Below are positions 30,434 to 41,284 of a stretch of DNA of 64,000 nt, piece after piece. Location: the NCBI GenBank assembly GCA_965203315.1, contig OZ241857.1:576001-640000 (forward strand), written 5' to 3'. Position 1 is the first letter of the stretch. Every line of letters begins with the position of its first letter. The translations under genes and the position numbers were made by a program. The notes under the pieces are model-generated. The model was given only the letters and a program-made list of their open reading frames with translations, was not told the DNA's origin and made no database searches. The DNA is from Nitrosopumilus sp. (GTDB taxonomy: Archaea; Thermoproteota; Nitrososphaeria; Nitrososphaerales; Nitrosopumilaceae).

Positions 30434-32434
30434 TCATCCCAAAAAGTCATCCACTAGACCATTGATGATATCAAAGAATACTTCCCATCCTGCAAGTATC
30501 ACAAACGATATGCTCGTACATATTCCGACAGGCAGAGTAGCAATTAACGATGAATACGCAACACGCGATACGATAACACCTGCACATACAGACATTATCA
30601 TAACAGCTGGTTTCAATGCATATAGTACACCAGAATAGTCGGGTCTCTCAAATAGCTTCATAGACTCGGCGTTGATACCTGATATGTGGCTGATATCAGG
30701 TATGTTGCTAGTAAATGATATCAACATGCTAGATAGACCAAGCATCGTAACAAAGAATATTGGAGATGCAGCAAATAACAACACAGAGGACATCTTGAGA
30801 GCATCATCAGCACTGTTCTTGATCTCGTTGAGTTTTACAGAGAAACGGTATATTCGCTCTAGTGAAGATATACTCTTTTTGTGTCCACCATCAAATACGG
30901 TCTCTAGTATGAACAATAACATTTGTAGCCTACGAGAGTTTAACGTATCATCATAGAACATTGGTTGTTGTACATCAGACACTACATACTGTCGTGTTCG
31001 TATCGTATTTACGATATCTGCGAATCTGCCATACTTGGCCTGGTTTGTACCGTGTACAACCTTTGATATACTAACAATAAAGTTGGCATCAACTTTGATA
31101 CGTTCTATTAGATCACGAATAAATACCGGAAACCCGTCTGCTGCACTACGCCAACGTGCAATCTGATTCGACACCAGCAGACCGTTCCAGATACACGGTA
31201 TTGCAACTGCAAGTGATACAGCACTTGGTGCATCGTTGTATGTACCATACCATATAATTCCAGGAATTACACCTAGTATAGATAACTTTGTACTGTACAG
31301 TTTAACATCAGATATACTCGAACTAGATACAAACACGTATAGTGTAAATATTATCGGTATTGCAAATATTGTAACCATAATGTATTGTATTGTAATACTA
31401 GATGTCTCGATGAACATCATCACTAGTAGCATTACAGGCGCCATTATCATCGCCATTGCCCCTAGCATGAATACATTAGAGAATTTACCGACTCGTCTCT
31501 CATCTCGTTCCGTAATCTTTACAAACTCTGAATCAGCTGCATTACTTACATAATCATTCAATCCAGAAGGATTTGACTTTGATATCTCGTAATAAGAGTA
31601 CAAGAATAGTTGAAATGTCTTGTGTACATGTTTTGTAGCAAGACGATTTATTGCCATGCTTTCTGTATACCCATCTAATTTGATCCATTTCTTGAGCATT
31701 GCTGTATCCTTTTCTATTGCATGTATGATACCCTTACCTGCTATTCTCATCATACTATCAAAGAGACCAAATCCCGACATTGTAGATATCTGTAAATATG
31801 CCAAAAAGTATGCTAGTTCAGAGTCATACTTTGATGATACGTCTGAACTATTCAGGACATTTGATAGATATGGATATGCTCGAACTAGTACAGGTATAGC
31901 AAACGATATCAGGAATAACGGCTCTGTAAACAGTACAACTCCCATAACAGATATTGTACCAGCAATAAACAACGCAATGATAAATGCGAGTACTATCTGT
32001 CTAGATGTAGTACCGGGCGATACTAGCTGACCCGTAGATATTGCACCACCAAGTGACGTCTGTCGTATATTGTGCGACATTGATGCAAAGAACTCTAGTC
32101 GCAATAGTTTAGAGTATATCATGCCAAGTATGGACTGCTTTGGTCTTTGTACGACGATAGTCTTACCTATAGATATCTGTGGTAACCACCTAGTGTCGAT
32201 ATTTGGTACAAACAACATTGCAGCACCTACACATATCACGGCTAGTGATGGTACGATATCTCCTGCAATGCCAAGTATGACACCTACAAACAGCAGCACA
32301 CACGACACACCATATGTCATCTGCATCACTAGACCTATGCCTTTATCGGTACTAGATACAGTTGCGTGAGATGTGTCTGTACTACCATGTACAGCTGTCC
32401 CAGATATATCCACATCAGATTTTGAACTAGCCAT
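30434..32434 (-). CDS. type IV pilus membrane platform protein (TadC/FlaJ, T2SS-F-like)
   Basis: Two T2SSF-like halves (ELAYFLAYLQIS..G; GFPVFIRDL), multiple TM helices, overlaps the ATPase gene. Confidence 0.8.
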   Translation of the reverse strand: MASSKSDVDISGTAVHGSTDTSHATVSSTDKGIGLVMQMTYGVSCVLLFVGVILGIAGDIVPSLAVICVGAAMLFVPNIDTRWLPQISIGKTIVVQRPKQSILGMIYSKLLRLEFFASMSHNIRQTSLGGAISTGQLVSPGTTSRQIVLAFIIALFIAGTISVMGVVLFTEPLFLISFAIPVLVRAYPYLSNVLNSSDVSSKYDSELAYFLAYLQISTMSGFGLFDSMMRIAGKGIIHAIEKDTAMLKKWIKLDGYTESMAINRLATKHVHKTFQLFLYSYYEISKSNPSGLNDYVSNAADSEFVKITERDERRVGKFSNVFMLGAMAMIMAPVMLLVMMFIETSSITIQYIMVTIFAIPIIFTLYVFVSSSSISDVKLYSTKLSILGVIPGIIWYGTYNDAPSAVSLAVAIPCIWNGLLVSNQIARWRSAADGFPVFIRDLIERIKVDANFIVSISKVVHGTNQAKYGRFADIVNTIRTRQYVVSDVQQPMFYDDTLNSRRLQMLLFILETVFDGGHKKSISSLERIYRFSVKLNEIKNSADDALKMSSVLLFAASPIFFVTMLGLSSMLISFTSNIPDISHISGINAESMKLFERPDYSGVLYALKPAVMIMSVCAGVIVSRVAYSSLIATLPVGICTSISFVILAGWEVFFDIINGLVDDFLG

Positions 32435-33986
32435 ATTTGGACAATATCTCCATTACTTGTCTAGGTGTGTATGCATTATGTTCGATACATCGCTCCAACA
32501 GACTTTTTCTATAGTATAGATCGTCTCGTATGGTACTTGACGCATCTAGTTTTGATATGTATCTCAATTTCTTACTCTTTTGTAATATGTCATTGATGTC
32601 AGCACCTTCAAATGTATCAGATAGCGCGTCATATTTTGCCAAGTTTATCAACTCTATTGTTGTACCGTTCCAGTGTACCTCATCAAAAGAGATACACTTG
32701 CGTATGTGTCGTTTGTCTTTACCTATTATTACTGCCATATGTAAGATAAACCAGAGATGTGCAAATGATGCAGGATGTACGTCTAATTCTGTGGTAATAC
32801 GAGATACTGCAGTATCTGCAGAACTAGCATGGAAAGAGGATAGTGAGCTGTGTCCAGTACTCATCACCTCGAATAGATTTTTAGTTGATCTTCCACGAAC
32901 CTCACCTACTGCAATCATGTCTGGTCTGTGTCGTAGTACGGCATTGAGTAATTCAGCAAATTTTTCAGTATATTGTGGAGATGTTATAGGTACATCGATA
33001 GATAGTGGAGACCAATCAAACTGTGGAATGGCTAGCTCGGCAGCATCCTCTATACTCATTATTTTAGATGATCTATGTAGTAAAGGAAATAGAGTATTTA
33101 GAAACGACGACTTGCCAGCACCTGTACCACCTATTATCAGACCAGTACCCCTAAAGTCCAACATCTTCCAGATTACTGCTATGACGTCTATCGGTATGAC
33201 GTTTTGTTGTAACATGTGCGATATTGTAAATGGTTTGTCTGCCTTGAGACGTATCGATAGAGACGGTACACCAGACATTGTTATCTCGTCAGATATTATT
33301 GCAACTCGATATCGTTCCCCTAGATGAAAGTCAATTATTGGATCAGAAGACGATATATGTTTGCCGCCCATTCTAGAAATACGTTCAAGAAATACGTTCA
33401 TGTGTTGTATAGTCTTGAATCGAACATTTGATCGCAGTACCTTTTGTTCTAGATAGTCTCGATGTATTACACCTACGGATGTATAATCGGAACATGTAAT
33501 GTCTTCGAGATGTTCAGAGTCTTTCATCATTGTATCAAGTATCTCGTATCCAAGGATATCTCGATTCACATAGTACTGGAATGTCTTATAGTTTCGATTT
33601 AATACGTCTAGGAGTCCTAGTTCGTCTGCCGCACTCTTTATCGATGTCATTAATTGATCTAAACTAGTATGTGTAGGATCTGCATGTAACAGCTGTTTAT
33701 AGTCCATTATTGTATCGTATGCGTGTTTATCTTGAATAGTGCGAAACTGTGGCTCTGATACCAGATACTGATGGTCTTGTGTTATTGTAACTGTCGCTGC
33801 ACCTATATCATATCTATCCAGATAGTCATGTACATCAGCTGTAAATGTGCTAGTCTCAAAGATCTCTTTGTCTGGTTTGGATTTGATCTCTTTTCCAGTA
33901 TCGTGTGTTTTATCGTTGTGTGTACCGTTATCTTGTACGGTGTCTTTGAGCTGTGACTTTCTCTTGAGTGATAACTTGAACTTCAA
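32427..33986 (-). CDS. type II/IV secretion-pilus assembly ATPase (FlaI/TadA/VirB11 family)
   Basis: Walker A GGTGAGKS, SIEDAAEL, RHRPDMIAVGEVRG, TGHSSLSSFHA. Confidence 0.95.
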   Translation of the reverse strand: MKFKLSLKRKSQLKDTVQDNGTHNDKTHDTGKEIKSKPDKEIFETSTFTADVHDYLDRYDIGAATVTITQDHQYLVSEPQFRTIQDKHAYDTIMDYKQLLHADPTHTSLDQLMTSIKSAADELGLLDVLNRNYKTFQYYVNRDILGYEILDTMMKDSEHLEDITCSDYTSVGVIHRDYLEQKVLRSNVRFKTIQHMNVFLERISRMGGKHISSSDPIIDFHLGERYRVAIISDEITMSGVPSLSIRLKADKPFTISHMLQQNVIPIDVIAVIWKMLDFRGTGLIIGGTGAGKSSFLNTLFPLLHRSSKIMSIEDAAELAIPQFDWSPLSIDVPITSPQYTEKFAELLNAVLRHRPDMIAVGEVRGRSTKNLFEVMSTGHSSLSSFHASSADTAVSRITTELDVHPASFAHLWFILHMAVIIGKDKRHIRKCISFDEVHWNGTTIELINLAKYDALSDTFEGADINDILQKSKKLRYISKLDASSTIRDDLYYRKSLLERCIEHNAYTPRQVMEILSKYG

Positions 33987-34660
33987 TTCACTACACCCAC
34001 TATACCAGTAACGACAAGCCAGATTATTGCAAACGATATTGTACTGTATACAAACTGTGGATGAGCCGAAAAGACATACTTTGTAGTGTCGTCTAGTCTG
34101 TTGTCTCGACGTATGGATAGGATTATCTTGTTTGGTGTATCCACATACGATGTTGTATCTGTTGTCTTTTGAGCAGAGAGTACAAATCTATCTCTGTCAC
34201 GTCTGCGTCTAGCTAGAAAGAACCAGTATAGTTTGTGTCTAGGTTTCTGTTTGTATACATCTTGGAATAGTTGTTTATCATGTATGATATCTGATACATT
34301 GTACGATACGTTTGATAGTGTAATGCCCCATGCTTGTATAATCAGTGTCAGTATCAATATCGGCAGCCCAGTAGGAATCGGACCTATATTTGGCACTGCA
34401 AAGGATAGTATCAGGATTCCCAGTAGATCAGCTGTGCCAAAGAGTCTAGCTAGATACGCAATAAATACAAAGATGGCAGATACTCCAAACATCACAATAT
34501 CAGACACAAGATAGTCTAGTGCAAATACCATCTTGTTTAGTGCGACAAATGTAGCTAGTCCAACAAACCAGTACAACTTGATCTCTCGATGTTTGATATC
34601 CAGTACAGCAAATCCACAAAAAGCACAAAACATCACAAATGCTAGTACCTCTGAATACAT
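33983..34660 (-). CDS. A24 prepilin peptidase (FlaK/PibD-like)
   Basis: Two aspartate motifs LDIKHREI and FGTADL in a polytopic membrane protein; first gene of the pilus operon. Confidence 0.8.
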   Translation of the reverse strand: MYSEVLAFVMFCAFCGFAVLDIKHREIKLYWFVGLATFVALNKMVFALDYLVSDIVMFGVSAIFVFIAYLARLFGTADLLGILILSFAVPNIGPIPTGLPILILTLIIQAWGITLSNVSYNVSDIIHDKQLFQDVYKQKPRHKLYWFFLARRRRDRDRFVLSAQKTTDTTSYVDTPNKIILSIRRDNRLDDTTKYVFSAHPQFVYSTISFAIIWLVVTGIVGVVN

Positions 34661-35054
34661 GTCATGTTGAATAAAATTTGGTTTTAAGGTAGATCAAGAT
34701 GTTTTGAAATGTACTATTCTGTCGAGATTATCTCTGATGGCATTAGCGACTAGATTTAGAGATATGAAGAGTCAGAGATATCTAGTATCGAGATGTGTAC
34801 ACGATGGGGTTTGAGTCCATAGAGATCTAGAATATTGTGTTGGAGACGAGTCCCATTTAACCGTGCTCTAGCACATGCCCCAAAAATCAATACGACCATA
34901 CGCCTATTGGTATCTATTGCCGACAAGTTGTACTTTACAATTTAGTAAAGGTGTTCTAGACCCTTTTGTACACTTTGTGTACTTGATGTGAATCGTGAAC
35001 TTGTAGTATTCACTAGATCTCTTTGCATTGATCCTTTGGCATTCCACTCATCTA

Positions 35055-37772
35055 TTAGTGAGTTGGATACTCTTCTATCGTCGTCTTTGCTTTGACCATT
35101 TTAGCATATTCAATTAACAGAAACTCTAGTCGCTCATCATCATCTTTGAAGGGCTCTTTACGGTATAGTCTCTCAACGGCTCTATCGAGTTTCTGATGTG
35201 CTTTGAGTAGATCTGGATACATGGTATTTGGATAGTATAGATCAGCTAGAGATGAGGTACTGTATTTAGCTCGTATATCTAGTATGTTTTGGGCGAGTTT
35301 CTCTAGTTTGTCTAACGGCTTGTTTGGAACAGGAAACGTGTTATACACTATGCCTTTCGAATATCTGAATCTGTTATCTAGTCTACCACCAATAACAGAT
35401 AACCAAACCATGTGCATCCTTGATGTCAATAGTCCAAAGAGACCCATGGTGGCATCTTGTACAATCAGAGTAGCATCACTAGGTATTATTGGCGGTTCAA
35501 CGAATCCAATTGGGACATATCTGCGGTTTTCAGAACTGACTCTAGGCACCAGCAAATATGGTTTATTTGGAATTACATTGAGATGATATAACCTTGGCGT
35601 CTCACTTAACTTTCTAGTAGTTTCATCGGGACTGTTTGCTCTGAATTCAGCTACTTTTTTGATTCTTTCTAATACTTTTGGCATACTCTTTAATTGTTTT
35701 GGAGATGTGTCATGTAATGTAAGAATATATCTCATATTGTTGTTAATAAAATCATCAGCTGATAAATATGGTCTAAGTAGATGTTTTGCGCGTGGTTCTT
35801 TTCTTAGAAATTCAATCTTTTTTTGTTTTGTGAATATATAATTTCCATCATCAATAGGCTTAGAACCCATAATCATTTTAGGTAAACCATTGATTGCTTT
35901 TGTTGAGGTTGATACGATTGGCAGTCTTGTTGATGCTTCAATCAAATATGGAGAAATGTGTGGTGTCTCTTTTACATCATCTTTGTGATATAGATATCTT
36001 GTATCATTTGGATTTTTGGATAATCCAATTATGACTACCGTTACAGCAGCTGTGTTCTTTGTTTCAGAACTCCACAAGAATGGCTTGTACGCAAAGATGA
36101 TATCTAGTTTGCAATGATCTAGAAGAATCTGCCATAACTGACCTACCTGTTCACCATGAGTGATGCTCTTTGTGCTGACGAATCCAATCTTGGTATGGTT
36201 TTTGGCATACTGCCCAGCCCTGATAAACCACCCAGAGACAAAATCTAACGTACCGCCTTTAACTTTGAATGGTTTAGTCAATTGTTTTATCTGATTGCGT
36301 TGCTCTTCTGTTGACTGTTTAGAACCACTAAATGGAGGATTACCCAAGATATAGTCACAGTCATCAGATAATAGTATATCATTCCAATCTGCAATCAATG
36401 CGTCCGTACATGTGATGTACGGTTTCTTTGATAATGGCAATCTGTATCGTGTTGGCTCAAACATTGCATTCAACTCAAGATTCATAAGATGATCCATCAT
36501 CCAGAGTGAAACCTCTGCTATCTTTGCAGAGAATCTTGCTAATTCTATGCCATAAAATTGATGAACGTTTATTTGAGATTTAATCTCAGTTGTATCGTCT
36601 AGCTGTTTTAATTTGTATAGTATCTTGTGTTCTAGTTTGCGTAACTCTCTATACGTAATTGACAGAAAATTTCCACTTCCACAAGCAGGGTCTAGAAATT
36701 TAAGACTAGATAGTTTGTGTTGTAGTTGTTTATACAGTTCTAGCTTGTTTGAATCATCAGATGTTACAATATCGTTAAATTCTTGATATAGTTGTGTCAG
36801 GAATAAGGGCCTTGTCACTTTTAGAATGTTCTCTTCCGTGGTATAGTGTGCGCCAATCTCTCTACGAGCATCTTGATCCATAACATTTTGAAACATGGAA
36901 CCGAATATCACAGGTGATACTTTTGACCAATCATAATCACTAGCTTGTATTAGTAATTTACGTGTCTCAGAGGTAAACTCTGGAAATTGAACGTCCGTGT
37001 GATCAAATAGTGCACCATCAATGTATTGGAATTGCTTGAGATTTGAATGCAAATTTTTTGGTCTACGACTATTTGGTGTATCCAAGATATCAAATAGATA
37101 TTTGAGATGCATTCCTAAATCCGAACCATCTGATTTTGTATCTTTGACATATTGCTGAAATGACTTGTGTTCAAATATTCCTGTATTGTCAGCAAATAAA
37201 CAAAATGCAATTCGAGTCAAGAAAAATTCCACAGATCCGCCTTTCTCAAAACTACCTTTCTTTAAAGAATCAAAGATGTCTGCCATTATTTCACCTGCCT
37301 TTTCATTTACAGGATCTGTCTCCACCATGTTGGGTTTGTCTACCATAAACCCAAATAGTCCAATTTTGTCTGGTAGATCTGCCAGAGTAAACTCATAGGT
37401 AGAATTATCCTCTTTGTATTGCAAATACCACTTTTCAAAATTACATGCTAGAACGAATCTAGGTATTTCATCGTATCGTAGTTTCGGATAGTATTCCAGA
37501 GCCTGTTCCATTGCTGAATACACGTCTTTGTCTTTGCTCTTCATCTCTACTAATAGTATGCCTGGCCATATCAGATCGACTCTTGTCTTATCACCATTTG
37601 GATGTTCTTCAAATTTTGCACCGACAACACGACGATTCAGACGAAATATCTCAAAAAAGTCATTTAGAAACGTTTGAGCTTCTCCTAGCTCATACTTGTC
37701 ATTTTTATGTGATTCTACAAACTCTCTAGCACGTTGTTTGGCATCAGTGTGCCAGTCCGTGGTGAGTGCCGT
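35055..37772 (-). CDS. MmeI-family Type IIL restriction-modification enzyme; true N-terminus begins at a non-ATG codon (ACG 37772)
   Basis: Frame open 76 codons above the called ATG: (ACG)ALTTDW...QTFLNDFFEIF...VDLIWPGILLVEMKS, resembling the MmeI N-terminus; GAHYT, LDPACGSGNFL, GNPPF. Confidence 0.88.
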   Translation of the reverse strand, partial: TALTTDWHTDAKQRAREFVESHKNDKYELGEAQTFLNDFFEIFRLNRRVVGAKFEEHPNGDKTRVDLIWPGILLVEMKSKDKDVYSAMEQALEYYPKLRYDEIPRFVLACNFEKWYLQYKEDNSTYEFTLADLPDKIGLFGFMVDKPNMVETDPVNEKAGEIMADIFDSLKKGSFEKGGSVEFFLTRIAFCLFADNTGIFEHKSFQQYVKDTKSDGSDLGMHLKYLFDILDTPNSRRPKNLHSNLKQFQYIDGALFDHTDVQFPEFTSETRKLLIQASDYDWSKVSPVIFGSMFQNVMDQDARREIGAHYTTEENILKVTRPLFLTQLYQEFNDIVTSDDSNKLELYKQLQHKLSSLKFLDPACGSGNFLSITYRELRKLEHKILYKLKQLDDTTEIKSQINVHQFYGIELARFSAKIAEVSLWMMDHLMNLELNAMFEPTRYRLPLSKKPYITCTDALIADWNDILLSDDCDYILGNPPFSGSKQSTEEQRNQIKQLTKPFKVKGGTLDFVSGWFIRAGQYAKNHTKIGFVSTKSITHGEQVGQLWQILLDHCKLDIIFAYKPFLWSSETKNTAAVTVVIIGLSKNPNDTRYLYHKDDVKETPHISPYLIEASTRLPIVSTSTKAINGLPKMIMGSKPIDDGNYIFTKQKKIEFLRKEPRAKHLLRPYLSADDFINNNMRYILTLHDTSPKQLKSMPKVLERIKKVAEFRANSPDETTRKLSETPRLYHLNVIPNKPYLLVPRVSSENRRYVPIGFVEPPIIPSDATLIVQDATMGLFGLLTSRMHMVWLSVIGGRLDNRFRYSKGIVYNTFPVPNKPLDKLEKLAQNILDIRAKYSTSSLADLYYPNTMYPDLLKAHQKLDRAVERLYRKEPFKDDDERLEFLLIEYAKMVKAKTTIEEYPTH

Positions 37773-37881
37773 TATGGGACACCCCTAGTCAGAAATTTGT
37801 TATCTGCTGTATGATACTTTATGGCTACGGAGGTTAACGCAACTGGTTTATTGTTTGACATCAGACAACAACCCGATTGTA

Positions 37882-38688
37882 TCAACCTGTATTATCGCGT
37901 AGTTCCAGATTCTCGGTCTCTAGGTCTTCGATCTTTTTCTTGGCATCGTTTAGTTCTTGAGTAAGTTTCTCTATGGTAAGTTGTTGTTCATTAGAAGTTG
38001 TGTTCATGATTTGATACAGTCGTTGCAGTTCAGATAGTTCATCTGTGATTCTATCTTTGTCATCATTACAAGCTCCATGTTTGTTCTTGAGTTCTTTATT
38101 CTTGTCTTTGAGTTTCTGGATTTGTTCATTAGATACTGATTCTGTTCTATCTGGTTGATTGTTTGGTGTCAAGTTGAATGTTCTTGAAATAAGATTTATG
38201 ATTTCTTGTTTCGTTAATTTTGTTGTTTTTAATTGGTTTGATTCATCAGGAAAATTCCATGTTATAGGTTTAAGCCGCATCATATCCGTAGTATATTTAC
38301 CGTCGATATAATCACCTACATTTCCACACAATGGGTATCCGTTATTATCACCAAATCCTCCAATACTCATATAATCAGGAATAATCACACCATGAAAATG
38401 AATAATATCCTTTTTATCACCTCTGGCAAGATCATAATCACCAACAACCTTTACTCCTTCATGTTCACTATGTTCAAAATGGTTTCTAAAGAAGTTATAG
38501 GAGGTTTCAATCTGCGTTATATTAACAAAATGAATATATCTAGATGTAAACTCTATTGTACTTGTATCACATGTGGATATTATTAATCCTAAATCTACTT
38601 CTTGATATGATTCTGCTTCAGCGTTATCGACTAGACCCATAACTCCAATAAGAGATACTACAGCAAGACCCAAGATTAGAACATTCAT
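37882..38688 (-). CDS. secreted protein with C-terminal coiled coil
   Basis: Signal peptide (AEA/E), heptad-rich C-terminus. Confidence 0.65.
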   Translation of the reverse strand: MNVLILGLAVVSLIGVMGLVDNAEAESYQEVDLGLIISTCDTSTIEFTSRYIHFVNITQIETSYNFFRNHFEHSEHEGVKVVGDYDLARGDKKDIIHFHGVIIPDYMSIGGFGDNNGYPLCGNVGDYIDGKYTTDMMRLKPITWNFPDESNQLKTTKLTKQEIINLISRTFNLTPNNQPDRTESVSNEQIQKLKDKNKELKNKHGACNDDKDRITDELSELQRLYQIMNTTSNEQQLTIEKLTQELNDAKKKIEDLETENLELRDNTG

Positions 38689-38896
38689 TCTTACTTTTGA
38701 GAGATATGTCTGGTTATAAAAGTATGTGATTTTAATGATTGATTAGTGAATGAGAGATTAGTTGATCTCGAATGATCTCACCATATGAATGACATTCAAA
38801 GTAGCGTTCTCATATCTCATATTTTACAATCTTTCATGCTTAAAAACACAGTTCAAAGATTACACAGAATCGACACTCAATGCTTGACAGTCTGTT

Positions 38897-39841
38897 TCAT
38901 TCTTGTTCTGACTTTTCAGCCTTTTTGATGAGTTGCTCAAGTTCCTTAGCACGATGGAAAGATGGATCTAACTCAAGTACAATATTTATTGCCTCTGTTG
39001 CAGGTTTTGTTTGTCCAAGGGCATGTAACGCCGCAGCAAGAGTGTACAATGTTGGTAGATCATAGGCTTCCAGGTTGGTCACTTTTAAGCAGAGATCATA
39101 TGCTTCTTTGAATCTGTCTAGAAAAGTAAGTGCAAATGCTTTTTCTGCCAACAACCTAGCATCATCTGGCTTGATCAACAATCCCTGATCATAACACTCT
39201 AGTGCTTGCCCATATTCTCCGAGATCAATCATGATCTTTCCTTTATCGGCATACAGACCCGCATTAGCAGGATCTTCCAATGCTTTATCATAACAGTACA
39301 GTATAGACTCTACAAGTTTTTTGTCATTGGATTGGATATAAAGATGATGTAATGATGATCCTTTTATGGCATATGTAGTAGGATCTGCCATACCATTTTG
39401 CGTTGCTATGTCGATCCACTCTACTGCTTTATCATATATGCCACATTTGTGTAGCAAGTTTGCTTTATGAAGTGCCAACACTGGCGCAATAATACCATCA
39501 GCGTATCTCAATGACTTGTCAATGCATTTTATTGCTTGAGGGTATCTCTCAAGGTCCTTATAGCAGAATGATTTGACAAGATACAGTGCAAAATCTCCAG
39601 GATTTGTGTCTAGAGCTTTATCACATGCCGCCAACGCTTCTTCATATTTGCCTTGGTTCTCCAATCTGAATATGTTGTCCAATGATGGGTCCATGTCATT
39701 ACTCAGTAAACTTACAATATTTCTTAAACTCACAAATATCGTCCCTTGGCTTGACTTTAAAGTCTTTTGTAAATTGTACATTTGTACAAATAGTACATTT
39801 GTACATATTGTACATGACATGTCAGAGTAATGTACCGTCAA
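38897..39841 (-). CDS. TPR-repeat protein (true start probably MDPSLD near 39694)
   Basis: Repeated YEEALAACDKAL / YGQALECYDQGL TPR signatures; paralog of 40111..40998. Confidence 0.85.
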   Translation of the reverse strand: MTVHYSDMSCTICTNVLFVQMYNLQKTLKSSQGTIFVSLRNIVSLLSNDMDPSLDNIFRLENQGKYEEALAACDKALDTNPGDFALYLVKSFCYKDLERYPQAIKCIDKSLRYADGIIAPVLALHKANLLHKCGIYDKAVEWIDIATQNGMADPTTYAIKGSSLHHLYIQSNDKKLVESILYCYDKALEDPANAGLYADKGKIMIDLGEYGQALECYDQGLLIKPDDARLLAEKAFALTFLDRFKEAYDLCLKVTNLEAYDLPTLYTLAAALHALGQTKPATEAINIVLELDPSFHRAKELEQLIKKAEKSEQE

Positions 39842-40110
39842 CAGGAATGAAGACTAGATTGTGTAGACTTTTCTTGGCAATCTGTACATATACCAAAGTA
39901 CAAAAGTATCTTCCAATATGGCAATCCAAGAAACCATACATGTTTGTGAATATATACATCTTGTAATGACGGCGCATGTGTTATTTCTATAGGTAAAGAT
40001 TGTTCAAATGATGTCTTTTTGATTTCCGTAAGTAGATATTACGCACATACTAGTCTACGATCTAGTAGGAGAATACTTTTGCACTTTAGTATAGAATAAA
40101 AATGTTTGAT

Positions 40111-40998
40111 TCAATTATTCTTTGATCTCAGTTTTGATTCGATCACACGTCTATATTTCTCGCCCTTGGGATTAAAAGGATCTAGATTTATTGCAGTATT
40201 TATGGTATCGAGTGCTTCATCATAGAGTTCTAGACTGTAAAACCTGGCACAAAGAGAATACAATATTTCAGGATCTTGTGGATCTAGTTTTGCCAGATAC
40301 CTGCAACATTTTCTTGATTCCTTGTTTTTACCAATACGATGTAGAGCTGTTGCCTTGTTTGTCAAAGTGTGTACATTGTCAGGACGTATTGACAGTTCCT
40401 CTTCGAAACATTCGATTGCCGCATCATATTTTTTTAGATCAAATAATAATAGTCCCTTGTTGTGTAGAACTTGGTCACTATAGCTACGTTTCGGATTCAG
40501 TAACATTTCATCAAATTCTTCAAGGTCATTATCTTGTAATGCTCTATCGTAATAGTATAGAATCGTTTCTGCAAGATTTCTGTCGGGAGATTTATTATAG
40601 GTATTATGTAGTACTAGTCCCTTAATACTAAACAGCATCGAATTCCCGTGTCCCTGTCGGATAGCTTTTTCTGCCAATTCTGCAGCCTCATCATCTCTTT
40701 CAAGATCATACATCAGTGAAGATTTCATACCAAGATACATTGATGTAATTAGACCACTAGAGTGCTGTATGGCCATATCAAAACATTCAACTGCTTTATC
40801 ATAATCTCCAACTTCTTGAAAATATGTGGATTTGAGCACATATGCAAACGAATCGTTTGGGTTCGCCTTTAACAGATCGTTACAAAAATCTAGTAACGCA
40901 TCAATATCATATTCTGGGTTTAGATTAGCTGTCTTTTCCAATATGTCAAACGCTCGTGCGTATTCACGTATATCGGGGTCAAATTTGTCCAGATTCAT
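40111..40998 (-). CDS. TPR-repeat protein
   Basis: YDKAVECFDMAI, YDAAIECFEEEL, YDEALDTINTAI; shares ILY(C/Y)YD(K/R)AL and LDP with its neighbour. Confidence 0.88.
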   Translation of the reverse strand: MNLDKFDPDIREYARAFDILEKTANLNPEYDIDALLDFCNDLLKANPNDSFAYVLKSTYFQEVGDYDKAVECFDMAIQHSSGLITSMYLGMKSSLMYDLERDDEAAELAEKAIRQGHGNSMLFSIKGLVLHNTYNKSPDRNLAETILYYYDRALQDNDLEEFDEMLLNPKRSYSDQVLHNKGLLLFDLKKYDAAIECFEEELSIRPDNVHTLTNKATALHRIGKNKESRKCCRYLAKLDPQDPEILYSLCARFYSLELYDEALDTINTAINLDPFNPKGEKYRRVIESKLRSKNN

Positions 40999-41284
40999 AT
41001 TGTGTGATAATTTTCTCTTTTTTTAAAGTTTTATGAATTGTGTACCGATCAGGATTTGTATATCGCTGATACCCAAGATCCTAAACCTAGATGTCAGACC
41101 GTAGTTCAGAATCAAGATGTAGTCAATATATCAGCAACCACGAATCTTAATGTTGATAAACATCTACCAAGATAACTATGGTCATCGATCTGATGTAGAG
41201 ACGATGAACTTGTCTTTACGTCTGTGTCTGGAAAGCATGTTTTTGTAAGGCATATCATCGAAAAAGCACTAAATCTATGTGAGA

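Noticed and set aside
32530-33327. 265-aa plus-strand ORF (and similar ones at 16863..17348, 51161..51730, 31620..32030)
   Set aside because: Antisense shadows of well-supported minus-strand genes; Ser/Ile-rich with no motifs
30434-34660. Archaellum (motility) operon
   Set aside because: No archaellin, FlaH or chemotaxis genes seen; composition fits an adhesive or conjugation-associated pilus
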